DNA of 62,906 nt, the filler included, from Thraustochytrium aureum (lineage: Eukaryota): NCBI GenBank assembly GCA_012862495.1. It is 5 parts of 4 records of this genome, joined end to end, with 100 filler letters (N's around TTAATTAATTAA, not from the genome) between each part and the next. Parts side by side here need not be neighbours in the genome. Positions count along the whole stretch, not along the records: positions 34,794 to 48,540 come from BLSG01000275.1; positions 48,641 to 59,374 come from BLSG01000275.1; 3 more parts are not named here. One strand, given 5' to 3'. Positions 44,201-56,935 of this stretch are shown here, one piece after another. The notes below the pieces were generated by a model. The model was not told the origin of the DNA, did not search any database, and saw only the letters and a list, made by a program, of their open reading frames with translations. A program made the position numbers and the translations under genes. How positions within the stretch are numbered: the first letter of the stretch is position 1; each line of letters opens with the position of its first letter.

Positions 44201-47200
44201 TGGGCCTTGGCTGGCAGCTTGACTATTTTGAACGCAACCACGTTCTCCAGGAAACTGGCGCAGCAGGCGCACCCTCGACTTCTGGCTCGCTCAGTGCCTC
44301 GTCGACCTCGTCGGCGTCGTGGGAGGAGCCGCCGACGGTAGCGGAGGAATCGGCTCCTCAAGGGCTTGTTCTGTTTCTCGGTCCCCGTCCGGAAGACTCT
44401 GCTCACGCTCTTGGTGCCGTTCCGCTTGATCGTCGTCGTCTGCAGGTCCGACGATCTCCTCCGAGTTGGCAATGCGGCGCGCCGCTCGTTGAGTCCCAAA
44501 CGGGTCGCGGAGCGGAACGGTTCCAGGGTCAAAGTCGCGCGCCTTGTTCTTTGCGACGACGCACCGAACTCCGCCAATTTCGAGCGTGTCCCCGCGGCGC
44601 ACGTCGTCCATCCAGTCAACACTCGGATGAACCTCGGTGTCGCCCGATGCCGCGCTGACGTGGCCAGGGAGCTCGACGAGCTCTTCGAAAAACACCATGT
44701 CCCTCCGTTTGCGCTCTTCCTCCTCCTTCCTTTTGCGTTTCGCCTCTGCAGCTTCCTGCTCGATGCGTTCGCGCTCAGCTTGAGCGGCTGCCTCTGCTTC
44801 GGTCCCGCCGCGCGTGCCGCCTTTCATAAGCATGTCGATCATAGACTGCTGTTTGTTTTTCTTCTTGCGCCGACGCTTCCGGGACTTGGGTCCCTTTTGC
44901 TTTCCCTTGGCTTGGCCAGCCGGAAGCCGCTGATCCCCTGCCAGCGCCTCCTCGTCGCCGTCTTCTTCGAGTTGGCCGTCATCCTCGTCGTCTTCTTCCT
45001 CGTCGTCGCTGTACTCTTCTACTAGGCGGAGCACGATGTCGGGGTATGCCACGTCGAAAACCAGGAAGGCAACCTCCTGGTCGCGGTGCCGACAAGCTTG
45101 GAAGAGAAACCGGTGGACCCCTGGAGCTTTGCGCGCTTAATCTGCCTCCGCGCGTCGTACAACGAGCTGCGCGACCCAAGACTTACAGTTCCGACTCGCT
45201 CGCCATCGACAACGACGTTGACCGGGAGCGTCTGCTCTTTCCAGTCTGCGAACTCGAGGCGAAAGCCGCTCGCGCTTTCTGGCCATGGAAGCAGCAAGAG
45301 CGAGTCGACGAGGCCCGAAAAGTCCCGGTGAGGTGTGCCTGCGTTTTGGAGGTCAGTCTGCGCCAGGTAGTTGTCCACCTCAGATGGGGCGACGCTGCGC
45401 GTGACGTGAACCTCGCCATCGGGGCCCCCTGCTCTAAGCGTGGCTGAGACCGTGGCCCCAAGGGGCTGTAGCTCAACGCACACGTCTGCAAGATGGCCAC
45501 CTAAGTAAATGCCCTCCTGCAAGAGCAGGCGAGGCTGCAAGCTCAGCCGCAGGCCTCCGGCCGCGCTGGCGTCCTTTTCGACTCTGAGAAACTGGATGAG
45601 GTCTGGCAGAGCGGGCCACCCGAGCACGGCAAGCTGCTGGGCCGTCAAGTGGGCTTGGAGTTGATGCGCGTGGCCGGGGCGAATTGAGCGGGCTGTCTGC
45701 CCGCTGCGGAGCACCGCAGCCTCCACAAGCACGTTTCCGTCTTGGTGAACATGAGCTTGAACTCGAACCAAAGCGCCGCTAATGTCAAAGCCGTACTCGG
45801 GGTGGTCCACCTGGACGCATGTGTCAAACTCTATGGCTGCCAGCGCTGCTTTGCCAAGGCGGATGCGGCGGGCAAAAAGCGAGCAGAGGCTCTCCGTGTG
45901 GCGCCAATCAGTTAGACCTGTGCGGTGCGGCCGCATCGCCAGGTCAATCGACGCTAGCGATTGCACTTGAGCTTGGTTTAGGAAAATGTCTTCTTGCTGC
46001 AACCCTGACAGGCTGCGTGCGGACAAGGCCACGCCCCGTGGTGTCCGAGAAGAAAACGCGCGAGCCAAAAGAGGGCGTCGAGAGGCAGCGTCAAACACCG
46101 CGCCGCGCCAAAGACTGTTGCTTGCAGACGGCCCCGCTCGAAGCGCCGCTGCAGCAGCAGCGATGACTCGCGATCGCTCCTCTGCGTTGCCGTTCCGCGC
46201 GATCTGAGCGAAGGACAGGCCCGCGCGGCGCTCAAATACGGGGGTGGATAGGAGGAGCTCCTCATCTTGGAGGCAAGTCGGGTCAGCGTCTCCTCCTGCC
46301 GCACGCAGGACGAGGACGTCCTCTGGGTTGTCGACACGCTGGCGCACAACAATACCGTCGCCCTCTATGACAATGCAGGGCGGAGCCTCGCTAGGCGACC
46401 GGCGAGCCTGACGAGCNNNNNNNNNNNNNNNNNNNNNNNNNNNNNNNNNNNNNNNNNNNNNNNNNNNNNNNNNNNNNNNNNNNNNNNNNNNNNNNNNNNN
46501 NNNNNNNNNNNNNNNNNNNNNNNNNNNNNNNNNNNNNNNNNNNNNNNNNNNNNNNNNNNNNNNNNNNNNGAGGCAATGCTGTTGCGAAGGTCTCGAAGCT
46601 CACGCTGGAGCGCGGCAATGGCGGAGCCCACTTCTTCATGTTCTTTGCCTGTCCGCACGTGCTCGTTGTAGTCGAAGCAAAGCTCGGGCCGCAGCACGTA
46701 CTTTGCAGCGCTGACAAGGCACCATGTACATAGCAGTGCGGCAGGCTCGCTGTGCTGTCGAATCAGGGCCGGGTTGAAGCGCTCGTCCGTGAAAATGGGC
46801 TGCAAGAACTTGGCCTTGGAGACCGTGACGCAGGAGGCCGCCTCAAAGGTGGCGAGGCTCTGCATCAAGCGCAGCTCGTTTGTCAACAGCTGATCGGCGA
46901 GACGGACCCAGGAGAACTCGGTTTGGGGCGGGATGGGCTCTCGTGGGTTGAGGAGCAGCACACGCACCGCGCCGAGAACCCCTTGTGCAAGCTCGGAGGG
47001 CTGGTGGCGAAGCTGCACAATGTGATGCACCCGGAGCGCGAGGAACCCAGTGTCACTTGAAAGCCCGTCGTCGATTCTCGGGCGTCCCCGCGCGGACCTT
47101 GGTCTCTTGTGCTGCAAACTGTCAGTGCGCCACAAGGTTTCCGCTCGCGGAGCGAGAGTGTGCCGGTGCGCCCCAGCTTGCGCACCAGCGTTGGCCTTTT

Positions 47201-48540
47201 GGTCTCGACCGCAATCTAGATCGTCGCGAGAGCGCTGCCGCTGAAACTGCGGGAGGAGGCCGTCGCTAGTCCTTGCCAAGTCTTTGCACGTGTTGTATTC
47301 AAGGGGCGCAACGCGACCAAATGCGGCCTCCTCTTGCAGCAGAATAGCAGCAGCCCGAGCAAGGCGCGCCTCAGAAACCGACGCTGGATCATCTGGGGCA
47401 TCTGGGCCAGGGACCTGCTGTGGTCTGCCGCCCAGGGATGACTCTGATGCAAGTGATGCGGGAAACTGAAGGCCGGTCGGCGCGGCCGCGGAGGTTACGG
47501 CAGGCTCGGCTCGTAGGGCCAGTTCTTCCAGGTTTACAGTCGTGAACAGCGGGTTTCGCACGGAGGCAAGGCCGAGGGTTCGAAGCAACGACGCGTCCTC
47601 GAGGTCGCCCGTGAGGGGCCTGCCCATGAATGCGGCGTCGACCGTCACCTTGAGCAGGTAGTTGAACCCTTGCCAGAGAAACTCGCGCGGAAGGCTCTCT
47701 TCGCCCGAGGGCTCAAGCGTCTGCCCCTCGCCTCGAATCGTATTGCGCCAAGCGGCGACAGATTCAATGACGTGGATAGTGCGCACACGGAGCGCGTCGA
47801 GAACGGGGGCTATGGCTGTGGCTGCGGCGTGCATGTGGGCCTCGATTGCAACCCTGTCCCAGTTTCCCGTGCTAACCCCTGCGCGAATGCGGCTGCGCGC
47901 GCGGCGAAACTTTTTCAAAAGCGCATCAACCAGGCCCTCGCGCAGGAAAATGAGTTTCATGGTGTGCAGCTCGCGGATTCCGGCGGCCGATCCCACCCGC
48001 GCCAAGCCGTCGCCGTCGGCCATCAGTTCGCGCGGGCGCTTCTTCGTCTTGTGCCGCGGAATCAGGGTGCCCGAGTGTGCGGCGGCGGCGCCGCTTGCGA
48101 GAGAGGTCGATTCGTAATAGTTTTGAAGGCGCAAAGCGCTTGTATCGAGGCTGTTGGTTGGGTCCGCGTTCTGCTCGTCCCATTGCAGATCAAGGTCAAA
48201 GTCCATGCCAAGAGCCAGATCGCCAAAGTCGATGGACGCGTCATCGATGTCCTCTTCTCCCGAGCTGCCGCGGTTCTTCTTGAATAGCTTCAGTCTGTAA
48301 TAGGGCGACTCGCGGAAGGACTTGGTCTTGGTATAGGTGCAAAATGCGTCTTTCTCGGCGATGTACTCTGGAATCTCCGTCTCGTTGGGGCTGGCGCGGG
48401 CGTCCCATTCCCGCTTGCCTTGCTTGTGAGCCGCGCTGAGCCGCTTCATGATCTTCTCCACCTCTGGAGACCTCGGCGACCCAACTGGAGAGGACGCCTT
48501 CCTTCGACCCGCCGCCCCGCCGCTGCCCCCGTCAACGCCG
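41255..48540 (-). CDS. Giant (>2400 aa) multidomain protein: dynein-stalk/MTBD-like, TPPP/p25-alpha-like, IQ, WW and TPR modules; 5' truncated, one gap, about 5 frameshifts
   Basis: Consecutive minus-strand frames join at ~45120, ~44350, ~44250, ~42000 and ~41507, several in homopolymer runs. WW: YRKQWDPNTNRWYYV…VTWERP, WERSFDSDGNVYYYHALTGRTSW, WSQYLDP…YFYCHLESGESTW. TPR: AAEKYYRKALDLDPGN. IQ: KLQGMWRRRQSRR. Confidence 0.6.
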
Positions 48541-48584
48541 NNNNNNNNNNNNNNNNNNNNNNNNNNNNNNNNNNNNNNNNNNNN

Positions 48585-48596
48585 TTAATTAATTAA
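48585..48596. other. Artificial scaffold linker TTAATTAATTAA within Ns
   Basis: Same spacer as at 18020. Confidence 0.95.
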
Positions 48597-50772
48597 NNNN
48601 NNNNNNNNNNNNNNNNNNNNNNNNNNNNNNNNNNNNNNNNTGGAAGCCATGATTGGTTTGGTGTTGCTTGGAAGGCTGAAGCTTCAGGTGCTTTTGGTCT
48701 GGGGTTCTCGCGTTGGGGGTCTGTCTGCTCGAGTAACCTGGTCGTGGCGCATTCCGGCCGAGGTGAATGACGTGCTTCATTTATGGTCACGTTTCCATCC
48801 GGGTGGCACCGTTTGGGATGCGCATTCGGAGCCGGTTGGCGGCTCCAGGCGTGCGAGTGCGTCGTCAGTTGCAGCCATCGAATGCAGCCACCGCGGCGGG
48901 TCTGTCGGAAGTTCCACTTTCTGCCCGCCGCATGATTCAAGGCGCGATCAACACGCTGCGAGGCTGGCCGACCTCGTTTCTTGCGTTTTTCAATCGAGAT
49001 CAGACCAAAAGCGCAAAACGACGGGCCTGGTCGAACTCTGATCTTTTCGTGTGAGGGCGAGGGGATCGCAATCGAGTCGCGAGGCATCGTTTTAGGTCAC
49101 GAGGCCAGGGGCGTTCAGCTTCCAGCATCGGGAATCGGGATCTCGAAAGCCAACGTCGACCGCACAGGCAGGCTGCGCTGCATCCGGCGGTCAAGCAGCA
49201 GCAGCAGCAGCAGCCAGCATCGCGATTCTCAACGGCTGGTTTCGCGAGGAATCTCATCGATCGCATCGCTCGCAGAGTGTCCTCAGCTTCATTGCCCGCC
49301 AACGTGAAGCTGAACGAACCACCAAACGGCTGACCACCAAGTTCCCCCAGCCGGCGTGGAGGCTCCTCCACTGCAGAATGGACCACTGGCATGCATGGTT
49401 TTCACTCCTCACCTCGAACAAGTCGCAGGCATCGCGCCAACCAGGACCGTCGGAACGAGCAGTGCAGCCAGCAGAACGATGGACCCGTCCCCCGGGCTCA
49501 CCAGCTCTGGTCTCGGCCCCACGGCCCGTTGAACGACCGATCGTTGTGCGAAGCGGCGGCTCCTTCCTACTTTCGTCGCGACGAGGCCGTTCCAGCCAGC
49601 CAGCCGGCCACGGGACCGACCATGCCAAGGCACGGGCGGATCCAACATCCGCTGCGTGCCAGCGGATGTTAGCCGGATGTTGGAAAGGGAGAGAGGCAGG
49701 CTGCCTTGCGACTCAAGTTGCGACTCGAGTTGCGAGCATTGCCAATGGCAGGCTGCTGCAGCAACCGTATTATTGGATGCAATCAATGGCGGCAGGCAGT
49801 TCACACAATGCAATCAATCAATCAATCAATCAAGAGCACAGAGGCTGCGATGATCATGACGTGGGCCAGACGCCGACTGCGAACAGTATCCTTGGGACGC
49901 CCACGCCAAGAACATCGAAGCGAGCCGAGGAATACTTGGCGGAAAACCGGCGCCACTAGGTTACTTTTGGGACATTTATAGTGCCGCGCAGAACGGCTGC
50001 CCGCGGCGTGACGCAAGCGCGTCCGCCGGGGGCAGTAGTAGGAACGTGCGCGGAAGTAGGAAATGACGTCACTGGGGCGGAGCTCCTCTGCGCCCAGCCG
50101 TCTCGGGTGAGATCCGCTGTCGTGGACCATGCCAGCCCGCAGCAAGCAAGAATCATTCTGCCCAGTTGACGGCTTGGCCGAGGATTCTTGGCGCTGATGG
50201 GAGCCGCCGCTCGATTGGCGAGCCGGGCAGGAGCTCAAGCTTCATTCAGCTTGGCCCCCGGCCTGACGCCCTGACGAACGCCCACGCTCGTCAGGAGCCA
50301 CGCTCATCAGGAGCCGCGCTCGTCAGCCTGGAGCGATCGGTGCCCAGGAGCCAGGCTCAATCAAGAGCCAAATGTGTGTGTTTCGCTGCTGCGCGCTGAG
50401 TACAACCCTTGGAGGATGTGACTTCTCGTAGGCCCCCCTCCAGCCAGTGGCGACCCCCCCCTGGATCCTGAGCATGATCAGACTGCATGCACGCGCCCTG
50501 AGGCTGCGAGTCTTTCGCCGCAAGATCGAAACCGTCGCAGGCCTTTCTTTTCTTTCATGCCGCGAAGAGCAGCGGAATGCAAGACGAACTCTCACGGACC
50601 GGGACGCCTCAGAGCAGAGCCATTACTTCACGCTCTCGCCCTCTGGCCGCCGCTTGCCGTGCTTGAACCTCAGCCCCCTGGTGGCTGCGGCTCGCAAGCG
50701 CCAGCCCTTTTCGTGTCGCGTTAGGCGTCGTCCGAGGGAAGATCGGCGTCAGCCATGGCATCCGGTTGGCCC

Positions 50773-52786
50773 CTATACTTGGCAGAACTCCAGGCCAGGA
50801 TAGCCGGGCTCCGTGGCGTTCAGATACACCCTGTCGCAGTATCTCCGCCGAAGCCCGCTGGGGTGTAGCCCTCGCGGCCCAGAGCAGCAGCACATATCCA
50901 AACTAGCGCAGCGGGAAAAATTGTCCGCCTGGTCCACGATCACGAGGAAGCAGACGCTGGCAAAGTACGCCGACCAGATGAGGAGGAAAGAAAAGTTCTT
51001 CGGGCGCGACCGCCAAACATTTTCAAGCTGGAGCCCATGGCCGAGCTCGAACCAAACGCAACAGGTGTCGACGCCAATCTCTGCGGCGAGCTGAAGCACC
51101 GTCGAGACGACCAAGTCATTGATCGCCATATCCCCGCTGAACGGATCAGGTTGGATCTTGGTCAAGGCAAGCGGTTGTCAGCTCAGCAGTTCGCGCACGG
51201 GCCCCCAAAGCGCGCCCGCCGTAGAGCAGCGCCGCTCTCGCGCGCACCGTCTGCACGGCCAGGACGGGCCTCTATTTCTAGAGAGCTAGCTAGTTGAGAG
51301 AGCGAGCACAAGTTCGACTCACCGAGTACCACTCCAGCGGGAGCTGCAACACGCCGCCCCGAAACATATAAATGAGGCAAGGCGCCATCACTACGAGCCC
51401 AATCAACGCGGTTGCGACAATCAACCCGTTAGAAACACGTTTGCAAATTCCAACTTGCTCCGGCGGGATGGCGGCGAAGAGGCAACGAGCAGACTTACGG
51501 ATGGCGATGTACTCCGAGAGCATCTCGCCGTTGAGAATCATGCAGTGGAACGCGCGCTTCGACAGCCGTTGCACCGCCGTGCTCTGCACGAGGTTGTGAC
51601 TACTCACACCCCGACCCCCAGCCAAGATGCTCTTGTGAGCAAGCGCCGCGTTGGTGTTGCTGCTGGTGGGTTTGAAAATGTTTGGCCCATTCGAGCCCTT
51701 CTGGAGCTCGACCAGGTCGATCTCCGATATCAGTGTTGTTGGAACGACGACCATCTCGGCTGATTTCGTGGCTTTGCCCAATAGCCAATACTTTACCTTC
51801 GCATACAAATCGTCTCGGAATGACATTGTGAAACGCAGCGCAATCTCTATGGCACTTTGGGATACGATCGCAAAGGCCAGGGCTCTGCTGTCGTCAAAGC
51901 GGGAAAAGAAGAGGCGCAGAATGAGCGAAACGAGGATCTGAAACCAGAGAAACCAGACCCAGGTCTGGCTCCGTCGCAGACGCACGCCAGTACCTCCCAC
52001 CTTTGCGTTGAAGGTCATTATCGAAGTCATCGACCGGAGCATGGCGTACACAAGCTCTTTGAAGACCGGAAAGATTAGCAGGGCCTGGACAAGCTTGATC
52101 GCTGTCGAAGACGTTTTGATATGCTCCATCATAAGGACGAACGCGAGCCCGCACATCATCACGATGCAAGTCAAAATGCTGTAGCGAGTCAGACGGCTGT
52201 CGGTTGGCATCATGAAGTGCAAGGAAATACTGGCCGAGGCAACTGGAATGATGGAAGCCAGCGAACCGACGAACATGAATGCGCCCCGAAACAAAACCCA
52301 CGAGAGCGTGCTTCCAGCGCAGAGCATGATGATCTGCTTGCGCGACAAATTGACGTAGAGCATGAAGCACACAGGATAGAAAAAGCAAAACGAGATGTCG
52401 AAGGTGATGTGGTGCTTCATGGCCTCTGGCATTTGCCCGATTTGCATCTGCACTGGCTCCAGGTTGGCAGTGTCCGGTCGCAAGTAGGCTAACGTCGAGA
52501 CGTGCCTACGCGGCAACCAGAAAAACAACATAGGCAGCAACCCAACCAGGCTGTAGGTCATGAGCGTGAGGGACAGGCGGAGGCCGAGGAGAACTCTGTG
52601 AGCAGACGGCATCTGAGAAATCTGGGCGGCGATCATGGTGCTCCTGATGCGCTGGTTGCGACCAGCTCGCTCGCCTGACGGTTCCGGCGAGGCCTGTACA
52701 AATGCATCGCTTCTGGGGGGCTTGACGCTTGGCGCGCTCGCCGATTTGGCCGCGAAGCTGCTCGTGGGCGCAACCGTCGCGGCCAT
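50773..52786 (-). CDS. Multi-pass membrane protein of unknown function; probable introns 51391-51498 and 51157-51322
   Basis: About 10 hydrophobic segments; donors GTAAGT (51498) and GTGAGT (51322) with AG acceptors that keep frame and join the ORFs at 51290 and 50773. Confidence 0.6.
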
Positions 52787-52843
52787 CCTGCGCGAACAGC
52801 CAGACCCGAGCACCTGGCCGCTTGCTGTGGCGAGGCTGTGCCA

Positions 52844-52901
52844 GACACGCTGCTGCCTTGCGACACGCTGCTGCCTTGCGACACGCTGCTGCCTTGCGAC
52901 A
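52844..52901. repeat. 18-bp tandem repeat GACACGCTGCTGCCTTGC x3
   Basis: Directly visible, just upstream of the membrane-protein ATG. Confidence 0.9.
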
Positions 52902-54027
52902 GGTGCTTCTTCTCTGAACACTTCCGGGATTGCCTTTCACCAGAGCGGGCATGTCGAACAATCAGCCACACCGTCATGCCCGTGTCTGCGCGGTTCCGAT
53001 CAACGCATCCAATTCTGCGTTTCATGTGGCGTGGAGGAGGCTACTCGTCGGGAACGCCCAGAGGTGGTGCTCTGCGTTTCTTTCCATCCGCCACTGAGGC
53101 CAGGAGCAGCCAGATTTTGTTGCGAGAACTTGAGCTTCGTTCGAAACTGTCGCTTTACTCAAAATGTTCTCAGCTACTGTTCCTTCTACTCAAAATGCTG
53201 ACGAGAGCAGGCCAAGATGCGGCTTCGCTGCACCGCACCGATGCCGTGGTCAATGCGCAGAAAGCGCTCAACCACCCCGTCAAGGACGCGAGTTGCTTGA
53301 CGACAAACGGGCAAAAACGAGCCGTTGGACTTGCCCAACAATTCCGAAGAGCACCCACTTCCTCCTGCCTTACCGTTGCTCGACAGCGAAACCGCGCGAC
53401 GCAAACGCGTTCAGCCTTGGCCGCCAAACTGCACCGGGCCCGAGCGGCTGATGATGATGAGACCGTCTCAGTCGGCGATCAAGACGCGTCGCGAGCAAAT
53501 CTTGAATCCACCGAGCGCTTGAATGTCCATACTCAGGTCCAACATCAACTTGCCCGACTTGGGGTCTGAACCGCTCTTCGCTGTCGACGGCCTGAAGCAG
53601 TTTGCCATCTTGCGCTGCGGCGGGCTGACTGCGGCCTGCGCAGCGAGCGCACAGTGCATTCACCCACGTGCTGCGGCTGCGGGTTTGGCCCTGTGCGGGC
53701 GAGGCCAGCGCTGTCGCAGTCTGCGCGTTTTCAACCTGTGTCGGTCTCTCCCCCAACTCTCCCGTGCTGGTGCTGACTGACTGCGGCCAGCGCTGCGTGC
53801 GCGCGGCGCGAGTTCGGAACGCGGGTGGGCGTCTGGCAAGGTGCCAAGTTCGACTTGGCGCGGGCGACAACTCTGCTGTTGCATTGGGGGCGTTGGCGGC
53901 AGACGTCGCGGTCGCGCACGCCGCCTCTCGCCTCCCCACGGGCTGCGCTGCGGCTGGCTGCGGCTCGTGTCGCACACACCAAGTGCGCGTACGGACCGCG
54001 GGCGCAAGCGGGTCTTGGGGTGCCAGC

Positions 54028-56760
54028 ATGCAAGCGCCCGCGCAAGTCATCGGGGCGGACGCGCTGACACCAAAGCAGCCAGTCGACGAAGACGATGACT
54101 TATCAGCCGACGACGAGGACAGTGTTGGGGCACAAACGACCTACAACGGCGCCCCGCGAGCACTTTTCGACGTTGGGCGCGCAGCAAGGAGTGACAGCGA
54201 CGAGAGCTTTGCCAGCAGCTCGGACGAGAGTGGAGCGTCAGATGGGGCGGAGCTTTCGCATGAACTGTGGACCGTCCCAGAGCACCCCGATGAACGTGAG
54301 CGCAGCCGTGCTGCTCAGGATTTCGTGTCAGACTTTGACGTGGTGAGCGCGTTGTACGACGAGGCGTCGTGTGATGAAGCTACGATCATCTCTGACGAGG
54401 AAGACTACGCCGAGCATGCGCCGGCAAAGGTGGCTCTGGTCAGCGAGGGGCCCGCTCGTGCCGACCTGGGGAGCGTAGAGCTGCCTCTGTCGCCACTCGG
54501 CGGGCCTGTCAGCTCGAGAACGCTTGCGCAACTGGAGGGCGAGAAGGACGAGCGCGTACAGGCCCAGAAACTCGGATTCGCGACGCTCTTTGGGGACTCT
54601 TCGGCCACAGGCCACGGCAGCGCGCGCTCCCTCGGCAAACTAGACGCCCGAGAGCGCACATCATCGCGCGTCTTTCTGACTCGAGAGCACCAAGGGGCCG
54701 CTGCAGACGTGTGCCAAGATCTCGATGCGCTGCACGACGCCGTCGATGGGTACCTGAAGCGGCTCTCCTTCCTGCTCATCAAGCTCGGCAACATCCAGGC
54801 CCCACGGCTCTTTCGCCAAAGACACGCTCGGCGCATCGTCAAGGTGGACACCGCCTTCGCAGAAGCAGTCCACGAGCTGCAGCGAATGCTCGCTGAGGTC
54901 CACCTCATCCGAGAGTGGGTCGGCGAAGAAGTCAACGTCTGCTATGCAACCCACGTCGCTCTGGTGGCCCACTACGGCGCTCTCATTCTGGGGTCGAAGG
55001 CCAACGGGCTGGCCTGTCCCGCCTCCGCGGCGCGCGTCAAGCTCGACATGTATCGGGCCAAGTACGACGGCGTAACCGTGGAGGACTTGATTGCACTGCT
55101 CGAGAGCACTGCGGTTGGCGTACACTGGAAGGTAGACGGGGATTTTCGCCTGCTTGCGTCGCGCTTGCACGGAGTCAACGAGGTGATCCACATGATCTAC
55201 AGCGGCCGCTGCTGCAGCGGGGACAATGTTGTTATTAGGATGCTCACGGGAGAGTATGATCTTTTTGGTCAAGCCTATGCCAACCGACTAGTTGGTCTGT
55301 ACGACGAGGCTAAGGCGGACAGGGCGCTCAAGCGTTTCTTGGGCACGCTCCTCGTGGCGAATGCGTCTGTTTCTCGCGGACTGAAAAGGTCAAACCCGGC
55401 CAACCAGGCCTTTCACCTCTGCGGCGGAGGCGTTTACTACGGGTGCCTGCGAACGGATCGTGGACGGCACCGCGGCGAAGTCTGCTACACGGGAAACGCC
55501 GAAACGGTTATGGAGAAGACACTCCCGTTTGCGAAAGTGATGTGGAACTTGCCCGACCGGCGACTGGTCAAGGCGTTCTACAGAATCGGCCTGCCACGTG
55601 TGAGGCACAGCGTGGCGTTTAGGATAAATGCAACGGTCTCGGCCCGCTTCATCTCGGCCGGCAAAGTCGGTGCGCTGCCCCGCGATTTTAGCTCGCCCAA
55701 GCGCCTCGCGCGAGCAGTGCGCCAGCGCGCAGTGGTGCTGCACTTTGTAAGTTTTAAAAGTTGCCATCGGGCCAGCACCATGTAGGGCCTAGGAGCTAAC
55801 AACGCCGAACGGGCGCGACGCGCGTGAACGCTTGGGGCAGCACGGAGGGGGCTTTATCTCAATGAGCGCCGCCTCGCACGAGATATACACGCGAAACTGG
55901 GCCAAGCAGCTCGGTTGCCCAATCGTTTCGGTCGACTACTCGCTCGCGCCAGAGCACCCGTTCCCCGTCGCAGTGGACGAAGCCTTTGAGGCTTACAAAT
56001 GGTGTCGTGCGGTTGCATGTAAAGCGTATGGGACGGACAAGATTGTCCTCGTCGGGGACTCTGCTGGCGGGACACTTTGTGCGGCAGTAGCTATTCGGTG
56101 CATCATGGAGTGCGTGCGAGGGCCGCACGCCATGCTTCTCGTGTACCCTGCGCTAGACATCAAGCGGGCGTTCACGCCGTCCATGCTCTGTAAGTGCGCT
56201 TGCTCGAGTCGCGTGGCCCTCATGAGGCGGGCAACGGGCCGCCTGCTGCGGGTTGCTCTGCGGCACTCTGGCCGTTGCTGACGCGCGTGGCTCTGCCTTG
56301 GCCGCCAACGACCATAACCAAAAAAAACGCAGGGACAATCAACGACCTCATGATACCTTTCCTGTTCCTTCAAAGCTGCCTTGCAGCCTATTTGGGCACA
56401 AACGACGTTGACAAGCTGCTCGAGGCGTGCCAAAACCCCCTCGCGTCGCCGAACGCAGCAAGCGACGAGATTGTGGCTCAGTTCCCGCGCTGCCACATTG
56501 TAGCCGCAGAGCGAGATCCGCTCTTCGACAAGGCCGTCGAATTTTCTCACCGAATGGCACGGCTAACCCGACCCGGCCAGGTCAAACTCACGGTCGTGCC
56601 TGGCATGATCCACGGGTTTTTGTCGCTCAATTGGCCGCTCGTCGGCGTTCCGCAGGTGGCAAAGCTCATTGAAGAATGCGGCAAGTACTTGAACGCCATG
56701 ATCGATGCCCCCGAGGAGGTGCCTGTCAACAGCGCGCTTACGCAACTGGCGCAAGCGTAG
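54028..56760 (+). CDS. Hormone-sensitive lipase family alpha/beta hydrolase; introns 55747-55840 and 56190-56332
   Basis: Splicing restores VVLHF|HGGGF and SML-W-TIND; motifs SVDYSLAPEHPFP, GDSAGG (Ser), ERDPLFD (Asp), MIHGFL (His); both introns GTAAGT…CAG. Confidence 0.85.
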
Positions 56761-56935
56761 AGCAGCGCCTTGTGAAGACTCTCGAACTCGGGCTCCGGCC
56801 GATTGAATCAGACACGCACTCTTGCTCTGTTTACATTCATTCCGCGCAACGCAGGGCTTCCAGGGCCAGCCAAAACGCAACCTACTCTAGCAAGTACAAT
56901 ACAGCAGTTCTATTTTTCGAGAATGCATGGCCTCC

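Noticed and set aside
52844..52901. 18-bp repeats here and at 7389 as CRISPR arrays
   Set aside because: Head-to-tail with no spacers, no cas genes, and a eukaryotic context.
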